From Gemmatimonadota bacterium (lineage in GTDB: Bacteria > Gemmatimonadota > Gemmatimonadetes > Gemmatimonadales > GWC2-71-9): DNA of 64,000 nucleotides. The notes beneath the pieces were generated by a model that worked only from the letters and a program-made list of their open reading frames with translations, was not told where the DNA came from and made no database searches. Shown here in pieces: positions 30,071-39,239 of this stretch; position 1 is the stretch's first letter; each line of letters begins with the position of its first letter. A program made the position numbers and the translations under genes. The DNA is taken from the NCBI GenBank assembly GCA_039586365.1, contig JBDHKN010000018.1, positions 1 to 64,000 of the forward strand. Direction: 5' to 3'.

Positions 30071-31463
30071 ATCCATGGACAGGCGAGAGTTTCTGGGATT
30101 GTTGGGTGCCGGCTCGGCCATCACGAGCGTTGGGTTCGGCGGCACGCGATTGGTAGCGCGGACGAACAGCGGCGCGGTAGTTGAGTCAGAGAGTGAGTAC
30201 GGTGGCTTCTTGGTCGAAAAGCTGACGACCGGGCAAATCCCTTACGAATGCGATCCCACCGTGCTGCGACGGATGAGTGAGAAGAACACCGTGTTTAGCC
30301 GCAACGGGTGGGATCACGTCCGGCGGGACATCTTGACAGCGGCCGATGACATCACTGAAATCAACCTAGTGGAGGGTGAGGGGAAGAACCCTAATCAGAC
30401 CAGGCTGGATTACGCGCTGATGGCGGCTGCGTGGCGACACGCGAACATGGGAGGCAGTGGTGGTGACTACGGCTGGGGTAGTGCCGGTGGGATGGTGAGA
30501 GACGCTGGGCTCCACGAGATGGGACCGTGGGATCCTGCCGAATTGGGGATGACCTGGGAGGATGCATCTCTCGCCGTGAGACACGCCGCACTCTTCTACG
30601 GTGCTTCACTCGCTGGAATAGCCGAACTCAACCCGTTGTGGCTCTACGCGGATCACTACGCCCCCACCCGGGATAACGCCGAGCGAGCCGTCCCTGTCCA
30701 ATCAGAAGGGGACCGGCTCGACCGGGGTGGGGATGCGTGGTATATCCCACAGTCGATGAATCGGGTTATAGCCTTGGCGTTCGAGGAGTACTACTTCGGG
30801 ATTGCCAACTCACCTGGAAGGTTGGCATCGGCAGCGACAGGTGACGGTTATTCGCGGATGGCGGTAACGTCGTCCACCCTTGCGGATTTCATACGGGGGC
30901 TGGGTTATCGGGCCTTACCGGCGGGCAATGGCGTTGGCTTGAGCATCCCCATGGCAATCGACGCCGGTTTGGGTCAGCTCGGACGCCTCGGGCTGCTCAT
31001 CACGCCAAAGTACGGCCCTCGTGTCCGTCTCGCCAAAGTGATAACCGACATGCCACTGGTTCCGAACAGTCCTATCGATTTCGGGGTGACGGAATTCTGC
31101 GACATCTGTATGCTGTGCGCTGACGAATGTCCGAGCGGCGCGATCACCGATGGTCCACGTACCTGGGAGGGCAAATCGGTCTCCAACAATCCGGGCACAC
31201 ACAAATGGTATGTGGAACCCGAGAAGTGTTACGACTTCAATGGCTTCAGTTGCTCCAACTGCAAGCGTTGTTGCCCATTCAACAAGCCCAATGACTCGTG
31301 GCTCCATCGAATGATCAGAGAGGTCGTAGCTGGACGAATTAGGCCTGCTGATCGTGTGATGGTTCGTCTGGATCAAGTGAGTGGGTACGGGAGGCAGCTA
31401 GAGGATACCGAGTTTTGGAGGTTGGATGGGAGCAAGAGTGTCACGGCGCGTGAGAGGATGTGA
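30060..31463 (+). CDS. rdhA: Reductive dehalogenase catalytic subunit 1 (corrinoid, 2x[4Fe-4S])
   Basis: Tat motif DRREFL; AIDAGLGQLGRLGLLITPKYGPRVRL; CDICMLCADECP and CX7CSNCKRCCP; RBS GGAGGTG. Confidence 0.92.
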   Translation: MSHRSMDRREFLGLLGAGSAITSVGFGGTRLVARTNSGAVVESESEYGGFLVEKLTTGQIPYECDPTVLRRMSEKNTVFSRNGWDHVRRDILTAADDITEINLVEGEGKNPNQTRLDYALMAAAWRHANMGGSGGDYGWGSAGGMVRDAGLHEMGPWDPAELGMTWEDASLAVRHAALFYGASLAGIAELNPLWLYADHYAPTRDNAERAVPVQSEGDRLDRGGDAWYIPQSMNRVIALAFEEYYFGIANSPGRLASAATGDGYSRMAVTSSTLADFIRGLGYRALPAGNGVGLSIPMAIDAGLGQLGRLGLLITPKYGPRVRLAKVITDMPLVPNSPIDFGVTEFCDICMLCADECPSGAITDGPRTWEGKSVSNNPGTHKWYVEPEKCYDFNGFSCSNCKRCCPFNKPNDSWLHRMIREVVAGRIRPADRVMVRLDQVSGYGRQLEDTEFWRLDGSKSVTARERM

Positions 31464-31648
31464 ATTGAGGAAAGACCATGTCTGAAGCTGGCCTGCTATC
31501 TCGGGGGACAGCATTCTCAAAGCACCACTCACCTCACACGTGTTCGAAGAGGTTGACGATGTTCTCTCTGCTGCGGCGTAACAGGGAGAATTGCGGCACC
31601 TGTTCGATGGAATCACGACTGGCGAACCACCAAAAACGAGCGTGAACC

Positions 31649-33154
31649 GTGAGCGAGAACCAACCGGAGAGCGGGGTTAGCCGGCGTCAGTTTTTGAAGG
31701 GTGCTGGAGTGGTGAGCGGAATAGCTGGTGGTGCTGGCCTTGGGCTGTTCGGCTATGCCGCTGGCAGGGACCCACATACGTACCTTGGCTGGCAGAACGA
31801 ACAGGGTGCGAGCCAGACCTTCTACAGAAAGCGTTATGAGGTGGAAGAGCCCACATATGAGGTCGTCGGACCCACCAGCCGTCCAGACGCCCGGGTCGAG
31901 AATATCTTCGCGCGCCGCGGCAGCTTCCGAATACAGTACACGAGGGTCAAGGAGGGTGGTGAGTTCGAGGAACCCCTCAAGTCGTACTACGATAACCACC
32001 CACAAGATCTCGAGTTGGATATCATCAACCAAGAAGAGATCATGCCCCGGATGATGCAGGATCAGGCTACGTACGGCGACCAATTCCTGCTTGCGGTGGC
32101 CTGGTCGAGCGCAATGGGTGCTGTCTCTCCTCTGCCGATATCCGGTCCGCCCCAAGAAGCCGATTTCCCTCGGCCCAGAGGCGGTGGGATGATGGCGGGT
32201 GGAATGGGTATGGGGGGGGCGCCGCAACCGTTGCGGCTCAAGGATCCGGCAAAGACCGCACTGTTGATCAAGAAACTGGCTCACGAGTTCGGCTCCACTC
32301 TCGTGGGGATAACCGAACTCAATCCGGACTGGGTCTACGGCTATCCGCTCCGCGGCAGGGGCTTCGAGAACGTAGACGAGCCGCTGGAGATCCCGGCTCA
32401 CTGGAAGTATGCGATCGTGGTTGGGACACCGATGTCATGGGATCCCATGTACGCCAATCCCAACTACGGCACTTCCAACGATGCCTACTCGCGCTCCCGT
32501 ATCATTGCAGCGCGGCTTGCGGCCTTCATCAAAGCATTGGGATATCCGGCTCGCACGCACACTCCAGGCAACAGCTATGATCTGATGGTACCGCCGATTG
32601 CGGTCGATGCAGGTCTGGGTGAACACGGACGGCACGGCATCGTGATCACTCCGGAGCTGGGGAGCAACATCAGACCGGCTATTGTGACCACCAACATGCC
32701 GATGGCTACCGACAAGCCTATCGACTTTGGTGTGCAGGATTTCTGTAGGCACTGCAAAGTCTGCGCGGAGAATTGCCCCAGTGGTGCAATCACGCTGGGT
32801 GACAAGGTCGAAGTGCGGGGCTACCGCCGCTTCAAGGTCGACACGGCGAAGTGCAACAACTTCTGGACGTCAAATCTCGGGAACATCGGTTGCCGCCTCT
32901 GCGTCAGTGTATGTCCCTACACTCGTAAGGCCAACTGGCTCCACAGAACCGCACTCAAGTTGACAGCAAACGATCCTACCGGTCTGTCGGAGCGAACGTT
33001 GACGGCACTTCAGAAGGGGATGTACGACGCTCCTGATCCGCAGACCTACTACATGCCGTCACTTGGTGGCGAGAACTCCTCATATCGTGAGCCCCCCTGG
33101 TGGCTCAAGACGGAAGACTTCATCGAACTCGAGGCAGACCATGCAGATCTTTAA
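31649..33154 (+). CDS. rdhA: Reductive dehalogenase catalytic subunit 2
   Basis: Tat motif SRRQFLK; AVDAGLGEHGRHGIVITPELG; CRHCKVCAENCP and CX12CRLCVSVCP. Confidence 0.9.
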   Translation: MSENQPESGVSRRQFLKGAGVVSGIAGGAGLGLFGYAAGRDPHTYLGWQNEQGASQTFYRKRYEVEEPTYEVVGPTSRPDARVENIFARRGSFRIQYTRVKEGGEFEEPLKSYYDNHPQDLELDIINQEEIMPRMMQDQATYGDQFLLAVAWSSAMGAVSPLPISGPPQEADFPRPRGGGMMAGGMGMGGAPQPLRLKDPAKTALLIKKLAHEFGSTLVGITELNPDWVYGYPLRGRGFENVDEPLEIPAHWKYAIVVGTPMSWDPMYANPNYGTSNDAYSRSRIIAARLAAFIKALGYPARTHTPGNSYDLMVPPIAVDAGLGEHGRHGIVITPELGSNIRPAIVTTNMPMATDKPIDFGVQDFCRHCKVCAENCPSGAITLGDKVEVRGYRRFKVDTAKCNNFWTSNLGNIGCRLCVSVCPYTRKANWLHRTALKLTANDPTGLSERTLTALQKGMYDAPDPQTYYMPSLGGENSSYREPPWWLKTEDFIELEADHADL

Positions 33155-33461
33155 CAGCGGCCTGTTCTGGTTTGTCGAAGGAGTTCTCTGTTGTGTCACA
33201 CTGCTCGGACTCAAGGCATGGGCGCAGGATCGCTCGATCCCGACACCGTGGTGGAAGTGGGTCGTGTTGGTGCTGTGGGTAAGTCTCGCTGGCTTCACCA
33301 TTGCGTTTGTAGGTACAAGCTTCGGTGAAGGTGAGTCGACTGCGGCGATCCGTGGTGGTATGCTCTTCGGTATCCTTGCCGTGTTGTCAGGAGTTGGCGC
33401 GTGGCGACTGTGGATGATCGGGGCCGGGTCTAGTAACCAAGTGACGGATGCGAAGCCATAG
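33141..33461 (+). CDS. rdhB: Reductive dehalogenase membrane anchor (RdhB-like) 2
   Basis: 106 aa, three TM helices, WWKW motif, GEGE loop; overlaps the rdhA2 stop. Confidence 0.8.
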   Translation: MQIFNSGLFWFVEGVLCCVTLLGLKAWAQDRSIPTPWWKWVVLVLWVSLAGFTIAFVGTSFGEGESTAAIRGGMLFGILAVLSGVGAWRLWMIGAGSSNQVTDAKP

Positions 33462-34608
33462 ACGCGCGCTATTCGCATACTCGCTCGGAGTCATCGCGCT
33501 CATCATCGCGCTTTGGTACGGTAGGACGCGAACAGCGCCAGATCTTGCCGTGCCCATTGCAGAGATATTTCCCCAGGCTACGGCTTTCAGATTCGAGCGC
33601 GGTGTGTTCCACGTCTACGACGATCGCGAGAGTCTACTGGGTTGGGCTGGTAGCGGCAGTGAGAGTGGGTATGGCGGTCCGATGTTACTCGTTGTGGGGA
33701 TCGACACCCTTGGGAGGGTAGCTGGGTCAAGGGTTGTAGAGCAACGAGAGACACCGATATTCTGGCGGATGGTGAAGGCAAGGGATTTCCTCACATCGTT
33801 CGTTGGTGACCACTTCGACCAAATCAACTACGACTATGGCGCAGTAGTTGGTTTGACCGGTGCGACAATTTCGGCGACCGCGATTGGCGCGAGCGTGAGG
33901 AGTGCCGTTGCCGACTTGGCCAGTGAAGCATTCGATGTCACCGTGCCGGTCCCAGCCCGGCCCTTCGAGTTCGGGCTTCTCGAAATCACCGTCCTGCTAT
34001 TGTTCATTGTCGGTGCGGTCACACAGCGGGCGCGAGGTCCGGTGCGGCGTCGAGTCAGGTGGGCATGCCAGATCACAGGGCTCCTTGTCCTAGGCTTCTG
34101 GAGAGATTCACCGATCACGCTCGCAAAGATCACGGCACTGCTTTCCGGATACTTCCCGGATCCGCGGACTCAAGTTGCGCTCTATTTGTTGATCGCAGGC
34201 TTTGTGCTGACATCGTTCCACTGCAGCCGCAACCTCTATTGCCTTTACGCCTGTCCATTTGGGACAGCACAGCGGTGCGTTGGCGTCATCGGCGGGAAAG
34301 GTCTCAAGCTTCCGATCTGGTTCGTCCGGTGGATGGAGCGGATCCGCAACGTTGCGGTGTTCGCGGCCATGTTCATGGCGTTTCTCACCCTCAAGCCGGT
34401 GTTGGCCAGCTACGAGCCCTTCGCGGTACTCTTTTCGCTCAACGGGACAACTCTGCAATGGCTCTTGTTGTTCATAGTGTTGGTGATGTCGCTAGGGATC
34501 AGCACTCCCTGGTGCAACCTGTTTTGCCCGATGCGCACCATAGAACTCCTGTTCCAGAATCTCCGCAGGACGTTACGCGGACCACGGACGGCATCCGCGA
34601 ATGAATGA
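33448..34608 (+). CDS. rdhC: RdhC/PceC-like (NosR/NirI-type) FMN-binding membrane electron-transfer protein
   Basis: GYGGP, ETP, LTGATIS flavinylation motif, multiple TM helices, two CxxxCP motifs (CLYACP, CNLFCP). Confidence 0.88.
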   Translation: MRSHRRALFAYSLGVIALIIALWYGRTRTAPDLAVPIAEIFPQATAFRFERGVFHVYDDRESLLGWAGSGSESGYGGPMLLVVGIDTLGRVAGSRVVEQRETPIFWRMVKARDFLTSFVGDHFDQINYDYGAVVGLTGATISATAIGASVRSAVADLASEAFDVTVPVPARPFEFGLLEITVLLLFIVGAVTQRARGPVRRRVRWACQITGLLVLGFWRDSPITLAKITALLSGYFPDPRTQVALYLLIAGFVLTSFHCSRNLYCLYACPFGTAQRCVGVIGGKGLKLPIWFVRWMERIRNVAVFAAMFMAFLTLKPVLASYEPFAVLFSLNGTTLQWLLLFIVLVMSLGISTPWCNLFCPMRTIELLFQNLRRTLRGPRTASANE

Positions 34609-34717
34609 CCAAAGTAAGCATGCAGTCAGGCTGTATGACGTTGCGCTAGTTGTACTTGGGCTGTCGGTCTTTGCGGTGATTGCCGCGATCCTGGTACAGG
34701 GCCATCTTGGTGTGTGA
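34601..34717 (+). CDS. 38-aa single-TM microprotein, not in the ORF track
   Basis: MNDQSKHAVRLYDVALVVLGLSVFAVIAAILVQGHLGV; ATG overlaps the rdhC stop (ATGAATGA). Confidence 0.6.
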   Translation: MNDQSKHAVRLYDVALVVLGLSVFAVIAAILVQGHLGV

Positions 34718-34743
34718 GCAGGGAGCAGGGAGCAGGGAGCAGG
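34716..34743. repeat. Heptamer tandem repeat (GAGCAGG)4
   Basis: Four perfect units starting in the stop codon of the 38-aa ORF. Confidence 0.85.
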
Positions 34744-34797
34744 AGTCCCATAATGGATAGCTGACAGGCGTCGCTGACTGCCGATAGGAGCAGACCC

Positions 34798-37698
34798 ATG
34801 CGTTACATCACAGTAGTCCGGACCGTGTTGGGTTGTGTTGTGTCTGCAACCGTCTCTTCGCTGACACCTGATTCGGCCACAGCGCAAGTGTCAGATGAGG
34901 CTCTATTGCAGGCGTTCCGCTGGCGAAACATCGGCCCAGCTAACATGGGTGGCAGGGTGTCCGATATCGAGGCGGTGGAGGGTGATTTCAAGGTCGTCTA
35001 TGTGGCAGCAGCATCGGGAGGTGTTTGGAAGTCGGTGAATGCAGGCACCACCTGGGAACCAATATTCGACGACTATCCTTCGGCCTCGATAGGTGACATC
35101 GCGATTTTCCAGCCGAACCCGGAGATTATCTGGGTGGGAACCGGGGAGGCCAACAACCGCAATAGCGTGGCGTGGGGCGATGGCATTTACAAGTCGACGG
35201 ATGGCGGCAAGACGTTCGCCAGTATGGGTCTTGCGGAGACACACCAGATCGCGCGGGTCATCACACATCCGGCCAATCCGGACATCGTTTACGTCTGCGC
35301 GATCGGCCATCTCTGGGGCTACTCCGGCGATCGCGGTTTATTCAAGACCACTGACGGTGGTGAGACGTGGACCAAGCTAGCTGATGGTCTTCCCAATGAC
35401 GACAAGACCGGGTGCACTGATTTAGTGATACACCCGGCCGATCCCAATGTGCTCTACGCTGGTCTTTACCACCGCATTCGCCGGCCCTGGACCTTCTATA
35501 GTGGCGGTCCGGACGGAGGCATCTTCAGGTCGACAGATGGCGGCGCCAGTTGGGTGAAGCTCACGAACGGCCTTCCACAGGAAGAAACAGGCCGTATCGG
35601 TCTCGCTATTTATCGGCGGAATCCCAGCATTGTGATGGCGTTTGTGGAGGCGGAGAGGAAGGACGACTTGAGCAGACCAGGCTCTGGCGTGTACCGGTCG
35701 GAGGACGGCGGTGACAACTGGGCATATGTCAACACCTATAACAACCGACCATTCTACTACAGTCAGATCCGCATCAATCCGCTTGACGATGAACGCGTGT
35801 ATCTGCTCACTACAAGATTCATGGTTTCCGACGATGGTGGTGAGACCATACGTAATGGCAGCGAGGATGAAGAGATACATGGCGACTTCCACGCCATGTG
35901 GCTCGATCCGCACGATGGTGATCGCTACTACATCGGTGACGACAAGGGATTACACCTCACCCATGATCACGGTGAACACTTCGTCTTCCTGGATAACCTG
36001 CCGATCGCGCAGTACTACAGAATCGGCGTCGACATGCGGGATCCGTACTACGTGTATGGTGGGCTGCAAGACAATGGGACCTACGGGGGTCCGAGTTTCG
36101 CGCGGGATATCCGCGGTATTCTGAATGACTACAACTGGAAGCTGCATTGGGGTGACGGCCAGGACATTCAGGTCGATCCCACTGACTGGCGCACTCTCTA
36201 TACGGAGGCGGAGAATGGTAGCTTCCGGCGCTACAACGTTGAGACACACCGCTCTTCTGGTGCCAGACCCAACCCGCTGAACGTCCACAATTACCGGGTA
36301 GCAGTCCTAGATTCTGAGCAGCGAGGTGGGCGCGAGTTCCGCTACAACTGGTCTGCGCCACTTGTGATGTCTCCGCATGATCCCAGCACGCTCTTCTTGG
36401 GCGCCCAGTACCTGTTCAAGACGACTGACCGGGGAGAGACCTGGACCATAATCAGTCCCGATCTTACCACAAACGACGCTGAGAAGTGCACGCCGGGGCA
36501 GAGCGGTGGTGTGACGCCCGATAACACGGGCGCTGAGCAGCACTGTTCAATAACCTCGGTGGCGCAGTCCAGTATCTCCCGGGATGTCATATGGGTTGGT
36601 ACCGATGACGGCAACGTTCAGGTAACCAAGGATGGAGGTGCGACGTGGGACAATGTCCGTGGCAACATCACGGATGTACCGGAAGGAATCTGGCTGGGTC
36701 GACTTGAGGCGTCACACCACAATCCGGGCACAGCCTACGTGACCTTCGACGGTCATCGGAGTGATGTGTTCACTCCGTGGGTTCTTAAGACAACCGACTA
36801 CGGTGACACTTGGACGAACATCAGCGGCAATATCCCGGCTGGTCAGGTCGTCCATCTGTTGCGGGAGGATCTGCGAAATCCGAATCTCTTGTTCGTTGGA
36901 ACGGAGTTTGGCGTGTTCACATCCCTAAATGGTGGCCGCAGCTGGACTCGGTTCATGAACAACTTGCCGACTGTTGCAGTGCAGGACATCGTAATACACT
37001 CGCGCGACAATGACCTGGTAGCAGGTACCCATGGACGCAGCATCTGGATCCTGGACGACATCACACCGCTGCAGCAGTTGACTGATGACGTCATTGCGTC
37101 CGATGCCCATCTATTCGAGCAGAGGGTCGCCACTCTCTGGGAAAATACGAGTCGTGGCGGCCAGCGGGGCCACTTCTGGTTTGCGGGAGAGAATCCCCCC
37201 ACCATCGAACCGACCAGTAGTCTGCCCAGGGCCGAATTCAGGAACGTCGTGCTGGTCACGTATTACCTGGGAAAGATCCCGAACCAGCCAGCTACCCTGG
37301 AGATCAGAGAGGTCAGCGGCCGGAACGGACGTACGGTGACACTCGGCTCTGCACCAGGCATCCACCGTTACCGTTGGGACCTGGCTTTCGATGCGGAGCC
37401 GTTCACGGACGCGCAGGTGGCACGTGTTTCGGAGGCATTCGAGAGGGCGATCAGTGAGATTCCGTTTCCCCAGATCCAACGGGCATACACCCGATTCCAA
37501 GAGGCTGCGACTCCGCGTGAGCAGCGAGACGCTGTTCAAATCCTCCTGAGTCCGCCCTTCGCCTCCGGTCTCGGGGCCGAGTACGGTACACCTACTGCCG
37601 GTCCCGGCTCATACTTGCTGACGATGACGGTTGATGGGACTGCGTACACCAGCACGCTCACCCTCCGACCGGATCCGTTGTTGACGAACAGTCAGTAG
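34798..37698 (+). CDS. Secreted VPS10/BNR-repeat beta-propeller protein, paralog of 277..3489
   Basis: Signal peptide; WRNIGPANMGGR; Asp-boxes; RPFYYS; HGDFHAMW. Confidence 0.88.
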   Translation: MRYITVVRTVLGCVVSATVSSLTPDSATAQVSDEALLQAFRWRNIGPANMGGRVSDIEAVEGDFKVVYVAAASGGVWKSVNAGTTWEPIFDDYPSASIGDIAIFQPNPEIIWVGTGEANNRNSVAWGDGIYKSTDGGKTFASMGLAETHQIARVITHPANPDIVYVCAIGHLWGYSGDRGLFKTTDGGETWTKLADGLPNDDKTGCTDLVIHPADPNVLYAGLYHRIRRPWTFYSGGPDGGIFRSTDGGASWVKLTNGLPQEETGRIGLAIYRRNPSIVMAFVEAERKDDLSRPGSGVYRSEDGGDNWAYVNTYNNRPFYYSQIRINPLDDERVYLLTTRFMVSDDGGETIRNGSEDEEIHGDFHAMWLDPHDGDRYYIGDDKGLHLTHDHGEHFVFLDNLPIAQYYRIGVDMRDPYYVYGGLQDNGTYGGPSFARDIRGILNDYNWKLHWGDGQDIQVDPTDWRTLYTEAENGSFRRYNVETHRSSGARPNPLNVHNYRVAVLDSEQRGGREFRYNWSAPLVMSPHDPSTLFLGAQYLFKTTDRGETWTIISPDLTTNDAEKCTPGQSGGVTPDNTGAEQHCSITSVAQSSISRDVIWVGTDDGNVQVTKDGGATWDNVRGNITDVPEGIWLGRLEASHHNPGTAYVTFDGHRSDVFTPWVLKTTDYGDTWTNISGNIPAGQVVHLLREDLRNPNLLFVGTEFGVFTSLNGGRSWTRFMNNLPTVAVQDIVIHSRDNDLVAGTHGRSIWILDDITPLQQLTDDVIASDAHLFEQRVATLWENTSRGGQRGHFWFAGENPPTIEPTSSLPRAEFRNVVLVTYYLGKIPNQPATLEIREVSGRNGRTVTLGSAPGIHRYRWDLAFDAEPFTDAQVARVSEAFERAISEIPFPQIQRAYTRFQEAATPREQRDAVQILLSPPFASGLGAEYGTPTAGPGSYLLTMTVDGTAYTSTLTLRPDPLLTNSQ

Positions 37699-37706
37699 TT
37701 CCATTG

Positions 37707-37733
37707 TGAGGCTGAGGTTCTGCGTCGGCCTCA
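37707..37733. terminator. Hairpin between convergent genes
   Basis: TGAGGCTGA-N9-TCGGCCTCA; no clear U tract. Confidence 0.35.
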
Positions 37734-37835
37734 TGTCAGAGGGAGTGTGCTGGGAACGCGATACCGTGGCGGAACTCGTGTGTAGCTCACTGCTCCGATG
37801 GAAATTTGGCGTGAATAGTGATTTTGGTTGAAAGA

Positions 37836-38570
37836 CTATGCTGACGCTCCAACGGAAGCGGAGTCTCGATCACCTAGAGCTTGTTTGAGACGTGCGTATG
37901 TGTCGGGCCCGAACTGCTTGCGTTCTTTTAGGTGGGCGCGCAAGTCCACCCCCGTCTTGAGTACGACCAGCAGCAGCAGCCCCAGGGTAGGCGAGCCTGC
38001 TGCCATTACGAGGAAGCCGCCGCCGATGATCGTGATGTGCAACACTACGACCCTGCTATAGGGCTGTTGCATGAGTTTCTCCAACTCAGCCCGCCTGTAC
38101 TCGCCTATCCCAAGGTAGTTCCAGAAGAACGAAAACCCATGGCTTGCAAACAGAGCCAATGCTGCGTAGACGATGCCGTACTCGATCAAAGCTGAGCGAA
38201 CGACGGCGACGCTTATGAACTCTCCTCCAGATAGATCGCCACCGAATATGGCGAATACGAACACACCGTGAATTAGGGTGAACATCCCATAGTGGAAGAT
38301 GAAGAACGGGATCATGAAGAGCTTGGCTAACCATCGGCCCAAGTCGTTGGGCCTGGCGCAGAGGAAGCGGGCCACATTGAATACGCCAACGATGACGTTC
38401 TCGAGCCAGTAGAGCAGTACGACTGGGAACACCTCCCAAGCCAAGAGAAGGACACCACCCAACGGGATGAGGTTGACTAGGATGAGGATCACACCAGACG
38501 GCGAGATCTCCTGGTGAGTGTCGGTGCGGAGCAGTTCAGCGAGTGACCGTGACACGTCGTGATAATACAT
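37836..38570 (-). CDS. DUF6498-like membrane protein
   Basis: NLIPLGGV, YWLEN, FFIFHYGMF, PYSRVVVLH; start uncertain. Confidence 0.75.
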   Translation of the reverse strand: MYYHDVSRSLAELLRTDTHQEISPSGVILILVNLIPLGGVLLLAWEVFPVVLLYWLENVIVGVFNVARFLCARPNDLGRWLAKLFMIPFFIFHYGMFTLIHGVFVFAIFGGDLSGGEFISVAVVRSALIEYGIVYAALALFASHGFSFFWNYLGIGEYRRAELEKLMQQPYSRVVVLHITIIGGGFLVMAAGSPTLGLLLLVVLKTGVDLRAHLKERKQFGPDTYARLKQALGDRDSASVGASA

Positions 38571-38666
38571 CGGTTTGAGGTCCCGCCAAACCCACCAGGG
38601 CGGTCAGGAGATAGAACGGGGGAAGCGAACCATGGAGAGCAAGGCTGACACGTAGTGTGGGTGCGA

Positions 38667-39215
38667 CTATACCTTGTCCCGCAAGATCTCAGGGCGTGGC
38701 TGAGGAATGACGACTTTGTTGACCAACAGGCCTTTGTTGCGAATGTATGCAGCACCTGCATCGACGGCGGTGGTCACGGCTGCCACGTCGCCGGTCAGTG
38801 TGACGTATCCTTTGCCACCGATCGCCATGGCCAGGTGGATCTCTATCAGCTGTACGTGTGCGGCTTTCACAGCCGCATCGGCGGCTTCGATGATCGACGC
38901 TACCGAAAATGTCTCAATGATTCCCAGGGCGCCCGTCTTTTCGATCACCCGGGTGCCGCTGATCGCTGGGAAAACCTCAGGGTGGACGTTAGGGATGATG
39001 AGATCGTCGACCACTGTGTCGCCCCCGATCTCCAAGCCAGCCTCGATGCTGGAGCGTACTGCGGCGGTCTCACCCGCCACCATCACCATGAATTTCCCTG
39101 GGCAAATCGATCGATTGAATACCATCTGGACCCTTGCCGCCTTGAGCAACGCATCCGCAACCTCGTAACCTTTGGCTATCGACGTCAGCTCGATCAGTCC
39201 GATGGAGTGTTCCAT
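38667..39215 (-). CDS. pduT: Tandem-domain microcompartment shell protein (BMC-T, PduT-like)
   Basis: Two BMC domains; ICPGK pore Cys; ADAAVKAA; GGKGYVTLTGDV. Confidence 0.9.
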   Translation of the reverse strand: MEHSIGLIELTSIAKGYEVADALLKAARVQMVFNRSICPGKFMVMVAGETAAVRSSIEAGLEIGGDTVVDDLIIPNVHPEVFPAISGTRVIEKTGALGIIETFSVASIIEAADAAVKAAHVQLIEIHLAMAIGGKGYVTLTGDVAAVTTAVDAGAAYIRNKGLLVNKVVIPQPRPEILRDKV

Positions 39216-39239
39216 CAATACCTTGGCCGTTTACCTAGT

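Noticed and set aside
30060..33154. Epoxyqueuosine reductase (QueG) as the identity of the two Fe-S proteins
   Set aside because: Tat signals, length and flanking RdhB- and RdhC-like genes fit RdhA; QueG is cytoplasmic and lacks these partners
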